This document shows, in pieces, positions 55,807 to 64,000 of a stretch of DNA of 64,000 nucleotides. Source of the DNA: the human T2T-CHM13v2.0 reference genome, Homo sapiens; assembly GCF_009914755.1 (NCBI RefSeq), contig NC_060936.1, one strand, 5' to 3'. Made by a program: the position numbers and the translations under genes. The notes under the pieces were generated by a model. That model saw only the letters and a program-made list of their open reading frames with translations, was not told the origin of the DNA and made no database searches. The first letter of the stretch is position 1. Each line of letters opens with the position of its first letter.

Positions 55807-57207
55807 CGTGAAAGGAAAATAAATCTCAGGACCCCACAATCACCAAGCCAAAGGGAAGCATGAAGCTGGGAACCGTGTCAGCAAACCTGGCTTCCATTGT
55901 GCTTCTAAATAAGATAGCCGCAAAGATTAAAAAGCTACCTACCTCCCTCAGAATTTGCACACACAGAGATTCCTTGTGGACCTCAAGATCTTTATCCTAA
56001 AACAGTTCCGCTGAAGTTCACCCAGGCAATGTAAATTGATCGTTTATCTTCACAGGGATGGGACAAAGAACTCAGCTCCTAACCCTCTGCTCACCCGAGA
56101 CAAAGGTATATCTGATTGTTTCTTCTGCCCTATTATTTATGCAAAAATGCAGATTCAATGAGCCAGACTAAGGCACAAATGACAATTCCTCTGCCTCCCT
56201 CTCACATGGAAATTGTGTATTCAGTGAAAGGCTCATCAGAGACTCAAAAGAATGCAACCCTTTGTCTCTTCTCTACCTATTGAAACCACCATTGCAAAAT
56301 GATAACTGAGACAGTGAAAGAGATCTGACCTAACTCCATCGTGCTTCTAACCTCCAAGCTGTCCTTGTTCATTCCTGGGTGTAGGCTGAACGAACTCTGT
56401 GAGGAGCTTAGTGTGTAGTTTAGCTTTGAAACAAAGAAGATAACAGCCCTTTCCCAAAACAAGCCTCCTTCCCTGCCTGGAAATAAGACTGCCTTTGCAG
56501 GACTAACAAATTGGCCACAAGACTATAAATTATTGTTTAAGAGCCATGCAGCTAGAGGCTGAAAGATTCTGACCCTCCCCAAATTGCTCCTGGAGATAAC
56601 ATCACTATTGTAAAACCTAAGATCAGTTATTGAGATATTTTGTAGACCCTGCCCTCTATGGATGAACTAGCTCATCTGGTCTTGTGGTCCCCACCCAGGA
56701 ACTGACTCAGTGCAAGAGGACAGCTTCGACCCCCTATGATTTCATCTCCAACCCAGCCAATCAGCACTCCCAACTCACTGGCCCCCTAGCCACCACATTA
56801 TCCTTAAAAACTCCAGTCTCCAAATTCTCAGGAAGACTGATTGAGTAGTAATAAAACTCTGGTTTCCTGTACAGCCAGCTCTGCATGAATTACTCTTTCT
56901 CTATTGCAACATCCCTGTCTTAATAAATTGGCTGTATCTAGGCAACGGGCAAGGTGAACCCACTAGGCGGTTACACTATGACCCAGAAGCCCCCGCTTCA
57001 AGTTGTCTCACCTTTCCAGACCGAACCAATGTACATCTTATACTTATTGATGACTCACATCTCTCTAAAATGTATAAAAGCAAGCTGTACCCAGACAGCC
57101 TTGGGCACATGTCATCAAGACCTCCCGAGGCTGTGTCACAGGTGCGTCCTTAACATTGGCCATGTCCTGAATTGATTGAGACCCATCTCAGACACCTTTG
57201 GTTCTCC
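55807..57207 (+). mobile_element. MER4A-like ERV1 LTR interrupted by LTR8
   Basis: gtgaaaggaaaataaatctc...aaatgtataaaagcaagctgtacc...ctcagacacctttggttc. Confidence 0.8.
56281..56975 (+). mobile_element. LTR8-like solo LTR nested in MER4A, with 4-bp target-site duplication CTAT
   Basis: TGAAACCACCATTGCAAAA...GGCGGTTACA; ctat at 56277-56280 and 56976-56979. Confidence 0.85.
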
Positions 57208-57570
57208 GTGTGCTCAGGCATTTTATGTAACACGTGTTCTGGGGTGTATCCTATCTAGGCGCCCTCTATTGTATCTGGCTGAGCATGGAAGCAGGCTGCC
57301 CAGTGGAATGTTCTGTCTACAGAAAGTCACGAATATGCCCCATTCTCCAAGGACACAAACACCTAGACATGAAACCCCCACTGCACACCACAGGTGGTTC
57401 TTTGATGGGTGAGTGGGTGGGACTTGACAGCCATGGTTTCTTGGTCAACAGCTGCAGTGTTGGGATCAGGTTCCCAAGGTGCTCACCCTGCAAAGGCCAG
57501 GGCTTCCCAGGGAACGCACTGCTGAAAATACTCTCTGCTTCCCAGGAGCTGGCCTCACAGGCTCCCTAAA

Positions 57571-57750
57571 CAATGCTTCTCAGACCTCAGTGGCATGAGA
57601 AACATCTGGAAGGGTGATTACAGCCAACCTTGGGCCCCTCCCTGAGGGGTTTGGATTCAGCAGGTCCGAGGCCGGGCCTGAGAAGCCACTTTGCTCACAA
57701 GCTCCTGGGCGCTGCTGCTGCCCCGGGGAACCCACTTAGAGAACCACTTG
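57571..57750. mobile_element. MER5A-like hAT-Charlie DNA transposon
   Basis: caatgcttctca...tggattcagcaggtccgagg...tagagaaccact with terminal inverted repeats. Confidence 0.7.
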
Positions 57751-58430
57751 TCCAGAAGTGGGAAAGGCCGTTCCTTCCACGAACTCACCATCCAACTCAG
57801 AGGCGTGGAAAACTTTCAAAGGCCTGTCTCGGGGGCAACCCAGCCTCTCCTCCACCCCAGGGGAATAGCAAGGGGGTGGTCTTTGACAGAGAGGAGCGCA
57901 GGCAGCCTCCCTGGCCTGTGGGAAGGAGCTTGCTGTCCACACAACGCAGAGGCAGAACGGAAGGTTGTGAGGCTCAGGCGTGCAGCTTGAATTCTGATGA
58001 CCAGTAACCGAATTAACCGAATTCAGGGTTATCCGCTAGGCTCTCTCAACAACTCTGGCCCAAGGATAGAATCAACCCACAATTTCTCTCCTCTGCGGTC
58101 ATCTGAACCCCAGGACTGCTCTCCCAGCCTGACAGTCACAGCCTTGGCAGGACGGGAAGAGCCATGTGTCTGGGCCTGCGCGGCACCTCAGCGAGCATGG
58201 CGTTGCATTTGACGCCCGGATGAGGGGGAGGCCCTGCTTGTGGAGCTCCTCGGAGCAGCTCCTCAGCTCCCCCAGGCTGAGGAACCCCGACCACCCCCCA
58301 CCTGCGTCAGAAGCTGCAGTTCAGGAAGCAGAGGCAGGTCAGAGCAGGCCCAGGACTCATGGCCGCGTCCACTCACGGGAAAAGCATCGCCAAGCACGCC
58401 GGGCAGGGAAGATGCTATTCTCTAGAATAC

Positions 58431-58451
58431 CTGCATGCTGTCCAAGGTGTT
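58431..58451 (-). CDS. RIMBP2: 21-nt microexon NTLDSMQ, phase 0-0
   Basis: Acceptor gtcttgctttgctcttcgcgcag|AACACC and donor CAG|gtattc; joins LLE-NTLDSMQ-SKVREL, similar to the paralog TSPOAP1/RIMBP1 sequence as recalled. Confidence 0.82.
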
Positions 58452-59974
58452 CTGCGCGAAGAGCAAAGCAAGACAGTTACAGAAAGACGCCGTAAATAAA
58501 AGACACAATTCCCAGCACATCCGAATTGCCTTGTTTTTCGAACCAAAGCACGCTGCGTTGCGACCGTCACCACATTTGAAAGCATGCACCACCAGCAGCA
58601 CGGGGTGACAGGTGACAGCGGGATCATGGTGGAGCAGTCCCTCAGAGGCGGATTGAAGCCACACAGGGTCATGTCAATGGGCTCCGGGGCAACTGGGGAG
58701 AGGCAACTACCTTTTCTGCCAGGAGACGATGCAAATTAAAGTGCGGTGGATAACTCAGGCCAGGGAAAGTGAATTATTTTCCAGGGAGATAAATGGCCAT
58801 TTGGAGGTCTGTTTCTATTCTCCCAGGTTATATATTTTCCTATTTGCTATTCATCACACTCCTCCCTCCAGATAGTCATTAACTAATGGAGGCTTTCAGA
58901 AAATCCATTTTAATATATAGGATGATAATGATGAAACCTTTTCCTGTGGGAGGAATAGACTTTAAAAGGCAACGTAAGAGATGCACATAGCCCGTTTTAA
59001 GTGGCTGCTGCTCCCCCAGGGACACAGGACAAGGTCATTCTGAAGAGGGCAGCCTCATCCAATATTGGCCTCACTTAAGGGAACATTACCGGGAGGACGC
59101 CACCCCAGGGCAGATCCCCTCCGAGGTAAATCTCTCCTTGAGGGGGTGGTGAATTACACGATCCTTGACTTCGGCAGGTGGGGGCCCCAGCTCACTGTAG
59201 CCCAGCCACTGTGCATGATGGATGCAGACAGCAGAGGCCTGAGGGGGACCCCATAGCCCTCCCTGTCTGCCTGGCTACTCACTCCCAAGGAGGCTGGCAT
59301 TGGACCAGGAGCCAGGGACAGGGGTGGTCACTCCCAATACGCCACTCACGCAGGTGGGACGTAGCCGTTGTTTCCTTCCCAAGGCCCCAGTGGGAAACAT
59401 CTCTGGGAGGCAGGAGAAGGCCACTCATGTCGTGTTTGCGAGGACCACACCCGGGGAAGTGCCTCAGATGGCGCTGAGGACTCTGATTCCCCAGGCCCTC
59501 CTTTCTCTGATCCTACAAATGCCTCCCCAGGATGGGTGTCATACCTTAAAAAGGTACCCCAAGGCAGTTCATCAGAGACCAGGATGGCCTCCGGAAGGTC
59601 CACCGGCCTTTACCCCTGGGGAAATTAATTCACAAGCAAGCGAGTGAGCCACGCCCCCTCACTTTCCACCCAAGAGGAGCCACCAGAGGACAGCAGACCA
59701 CATCTGAGACACACAGTTCTGGGTCTGGATGTGTGGCCAAGGGAAAGCTGCTTAACCTCTCTGTGCCTCAGTTTCCCTGTAAGAACGGACCTGGTCCTGG
59801 CACCTGTAGTACTGGTTGCTTGTGAGGATGACATGAGAAGACACATGAATGGCATCTAGTAACTGGTGCACCAGGCGCACTTCATAAACATCATCTATTA
59901 TTTCTAGCAGGCATCAGGGCAACTCTCCCCAACGTCCCCCACCCCCGGGCAGAAAGCAGGGGCACGCTCCTTAC

Positions 59975-60025
59975 CTCTAGCAGCCGCACTGCGCCTTCAT
60001 GCTCCTTCTTAGCCTCAACCTGAGC
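59975..60025 (-). CDS. RIMBP2: 51-nt cassette exon AQVEAKKEHEGAVRLLE (coiled coil), phase 0-0
   Basis: Acceptor tcttttctctcttttcatcataaaaaag|GCTCAG and donor GAG|gtaagg; 17 open codons; resembles the RIM-BP family N-terminal coiled coil. Confidence 0.88.
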
Positions 60026-60617
60026 CTTTTTTATGATGAAAAGAGAGAAAAGAGTAAATGTCCAAAGGGGAAAGAAGACAATCGGATCAATGTCTGAATC
60101 ACTGGGGGTGGGGGATCATTTATTTTTATTCCTCTAATAGAGGAATTAAAATTATTCCTACATTCATTATTTAACTTTTATTTGAGTTTCAGAAATACAT
60201 GTGCAGGTTTGCTGTGCAGATAAATTGCACATCCAGGGGGTCTGGGACACAGATTATTTCTTCACCCAGGTGATAAGCTTAGTAGCAGAAGCATCCCTCC
60301 AATGCCTCTGACAGCACCTTCATCTGCCCAAACATCCGACGAACTGCTTTGGAAACAAAACCTAATCCTGCAGACTTGACTCCCAGTCAGCTCTAGGTTC
60401 CCTGAGACCTCACCAGGCCCTGGAGGAGGGGCCGGGGCTGGGTCCTGAGCATGCAACAGGCCTTGGCACCTGCAGCCTGTGGCAGGGCCGCCCTCTTCAA
60501 AGCACTGGCGGCAAAGCCATCTGGGCCCCACAGAATAACTTCACATGTTTCACTACAGAAATGTCTCGGGATGGCTGCTGCCCAGGCAAAGGGCAGATTC
60601 AAGCACATCTGAGATGG

Positions 60618-60709
60618 AACACTATCATTTCTTGTCCTCACAGGCCTGGAAGTCCCAGCATCAAACACTGTTATTTCTTGTCCTCACAGGCCCGGAAGTC
60701 CCAGCATCA
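60618..60709. repeat. 46-bp tandem duplication
   Basis: aacactRtYatttcttgtcctcacaggccYggaagtcccagcatca at 60618 and 60664. Confidence 0.88.
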
Positions 60710-60748
60710 TCATGATGGTAAGGACCTGTCGTGTTTCAATGGCTTTGA

Positions 60749-62967
60749 TGTTTTGAAGGTCCTTGTAGCCCTCGGCATAGTTCCTTGAGTCTCACTAACT
60801 TTTCTGCAGACCTAACGTTTCAAAAGACCCATGGAGGCCCCTCACTCTGCTCCATCTAAGCCAATGCCCGTTGTCCCGTCACAGTCGCCAGGGGCCTGGA
60901 CGGCTTATTGCTCTGTGCCCCATCCGACCCAGCTAGATGCCCAGCACTTCGGCCACAGGGAATCTGCCCTCCCTTCTGTGAGCGCCATCCCCCCAGATGC
61001 TCCTGCTGCTCCTGCTGCAGGGCCTGCCCACCTCCTGGATAGCGGATCCTCTGGGTAACAGGCCTGTTCCTCAGGCCTCTTCCTCCAGCGTCGGGAGCTC
61101 CTCTCCTGGGAAGAACCTCTGGACTGGCTGGGGTCTGGACCTCCCCTGTGCCAAGCACAGTCTGAACCCTCAGCGACTGGTGACCTGGGTGGTGTGGGGC
61201 CTACGGAGGGCAATGGGCCTCTGCCTGAGAATGCTGCGGGAGAGGGAAGCCCCTTTCTATTGGACTTTGGCTTGGGAGGAGGTGAGGCTGCAGCCACTTT
61301 GCCACCAGGAGGGTCAGGGCTGGAGTGGCTGGGGGTCTCCACAGGGAAACCAAGGCTGAAGCTGATCCAGAGGAGGGCAGAGAGCAGCCAAGTCCTGGTG
61401 ATGTCGGGGAGGCCTTGGATTCTACTGGGTCTGAGGCCAGCAGATTTGAGCCCTGGATCTAGCCATGTCTGAAGCCACATTTTCAGTGATGGGCACAAAA
61501 ACAATTTCCTGTTTGGGTTTTCTGTCGCTTGAAACCAAGAGTGCTAACGAACGTCATCGTCAACTGTGAAAGCATGGGACACTTCCTAAAGTGCGGACAC
61601 TGGAGGTTGGTTTTCTGAGGCTGTAATGAGACAGAGAAGAAAAGACGAACCAGGCTCCCGCCTGCAGCACAGTCCACACTGTGCACCCCTCACACTGACA
61701 TCAGCATCTCCCAAACATTCCCCGTGGAGCAGGAAAATGGGGGTTTTTAAGAAGCATTATTTTCTGACACCAGAGTGCACCTAGCTCTTAAAACGTGGAA
61801 CACTAATAAAGAATCCATATGCTACGCTGTGACTTACATTTACAATTCTCAGTTTCTAGAGAAATATTTCCTCTAGCTGCCTGGAGAATAATTAGTGATG
61901 GACGATTCAACATCATAAATAAGCAAGTGAACATTATCTTAACAGTTTCTACTTCTCATTCTCAAAATTCCGTGCGCTGAAAACAGGGAAGAGCTTGGCT
62001 TCCCCAGCCAAGGGGAAATCTGCCATTCCCTGGGCTAAAAATGAAGAGTCGTCTGAGGTTTCTGTAGAGTTCATTCATATGAGTTCCATTCTCACATATT
62101 TCCAATGAGAGTTTTAAGAGCTGGGCAAGTGACTGGAACACAGCATGTTAATTACACCATTCTCAAGTTCAGCTCAACCGTCGAAGGCCGAAAACTGTTC
62201 CTTTCAAAGCAAAAACCAGCAAGAGCAACAATAAATAGCAAAATAGAAAAAGAAACAAACAAGCAGGGAACATACAGGGATTATATAAATGATGCCACCA
62301 TTGACTCAGTTGAATCAAAGATAGTTTTCAACTGGCAGGATTGAAAAAAAAGACAAAACAAAAAATATTCCAGCAGGCTGTTAAAACTCAGCCAAGCTGG
62401 CAGTACAACTTCGCTTCCAGCTTCAGATGAAAACCAGTGCATTTTTGCAGGTGCAAACTGGGCCATTTGGGCAATCAGAATAGACTGTTGAAATTGGCAG
62501 CGCTGAATTCTTACAAAATCCAAGCAACAGCTTAAGCGAGGCTCATTTAGGGGCCAACACAGGGAAAGTGCGACCTTTACGGAGAGTGGTTCCTGCAGAG
62601 CAGGGAGACTGGAGCTCCCGACGCTGGAGGAAGAGGCCTGAGGAACAGGCCTGTTACCCAGAGGATCTGCTCTCCGGGAGGTGGGCAGGCCCTGCGGCAG
62701 GAGCAGCAGCAGCATCTGGGGGGATGGCGCTCACAGAAGGGAGGGCAGATTCCCTGTGGCCGAAGTGCTGGGCATCTAGCTAGGTTGGATGGGGCACAGA
62801 GCAATAGGCCGTCCAGGCCCCCGGCGACTGTGACGGGACAACGGGCATTGGCTTAGATGGAGCAGAGTGAGGGAGGGGCCTCTGTGGGCGTTATGAAACG
62901 TTAGCTCTGCAGAAAAGTCAGTGAGACTCAAGGAACTATGCCGAGGGCTACAAGGACCTTCAAAACA
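60749..62967. repeat. Long inverted repeat: arms 60749-61101 and 62611-62967, spacer about 1.5 kb
   Basis: Manual alignment gives about 16 substitutions plus one 4-nt indel over about 353 bp; mirrored ORFs 60997+ and 62715- encode near-identical peptides. Confidence 0.96.
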
Positions 62968-64000
62968 GGAGTTCCGCAGAGCTGAGGGCTGATGGACATT
63001 TTCTAATACTCCAGGAGCACACAGGATTAGGGCAGACACTGCCTGAAACTAACACAGAGGGTCAGCTATGACCCACCGCAGCCATCCACACACAACTGAG
63101 GCCAACAATCTGAGGGCAGCACAGCAAATTCAGTCAAAGCATTAACTATGCATCGGGCGGTGAGCTCAGCTTCTCTTAGTATCACACGTTACATAATAGC
63201 CTTAAGACTGAAAGCAGCGGTCATTCTACCAGTAAGAGGAACTGTAGACCGAAGTAAAATCGGTCAAGTCTGCGGATGAATTATAAATACGGAAAAGCCC
63301 TTTAGCTCACACCACTGGATTATCATAATTGCCACTTGTCACAAGACAAGGATGTAACCTACACAAGAAACTGAAAGTCTGAAGCAACGGAGCGCAGCCG
63401 GACCCCAGGCTGACCATTCACCTGGAGAGGAAGCCTCAGGGTTTCGGAATCGGGTCTCAAGTGGACCACGGGCATGTTAGCCTCAGCCTCCTTATCCGTC
63501 ACATGGAGAAAACAATGGTGCCTCCGCCCCGCAGGTTACACGAGGGCTGACTATTCATTGATTCCCTCCACAGGCATTTACTGAATGTTAATGAGAATTT
63601 ATCCTCGGTCATCTTATCTGCGGGATTTTGACCCTACTGCCCCGACTGACGGAACCTCGTCACATCTCCAATTCCTTCTGTGCCCTTGAGCACCTCCGCC
63701 CATCCAGGATTTGCTGGGGAGCTCCTAGGTGTCAGGCGATGTCCTACGAGTCCGACGCGCCTTTCACGGAGCTGAAGTGCCAACAGGTGGAGGTGGGCAG
63801 TCGGCAAACAGCCACATGAGCGAGCAGGCATGTTTTGGCATCAGTAAATGGGGCGACATGCCCTCTGTCTGGGCATGGAGTGGCGTCTGGTCTGAGGGAG
63901 ACTCAGTGAGAGAAATGAACCAGTTCTGCAACAACCTGGGGACCAGGCATTGTCGATAAGGGTCCCCAAGAGGGGACTGGCTTTGGCACGGTCCAGGGAG

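Noticed and set aside
60905-62804. Paired near-identical ORFs on opposite strands, suggesting duplicated genes
   Set aside because: Fully explained by the inverted repeat; no domain or splice support

Overview
Human genomic DNA (Alu, L1, MER41 and LTR8 repeats present) lying inside the minus-strand RIMBP2 gene (RIMS-binding protein 2, a presynaptic active-zone scaffold). I recognised the gene from the translated exons; it maps to 12q24.33. Twelve core coding exons were mapped by hand, and their GT-AG boundaries and splice phases are all consistent. They run from the coiled-coil region through SH3-1, three FN3 domains, the linker and SH3-2. The first coding exon and the SH3-3/C-terminal exons lie outside the window. 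There are four additional frame-preserving cassette exons (51, 21, 717 and 258 nt) and one candidate poison exon containing a premature stop codon. The most notable features are: a non-transposon inverted repeat of about 355 bp and about 95% identity upstream of the 51-nt exon; a one-heptad microexon with SRRM4-type UGC motifs; a YCAY-rich candidate poison exon; a 40-bp VNTR carrying repeated decoy splice donors; inverted Alu pairs flanking exons; and a MER41B solo LTR with an intact GAS site. There is no rRNA, tRNA or CRISPR array. Most ORFs in the six-frame track are spurious.
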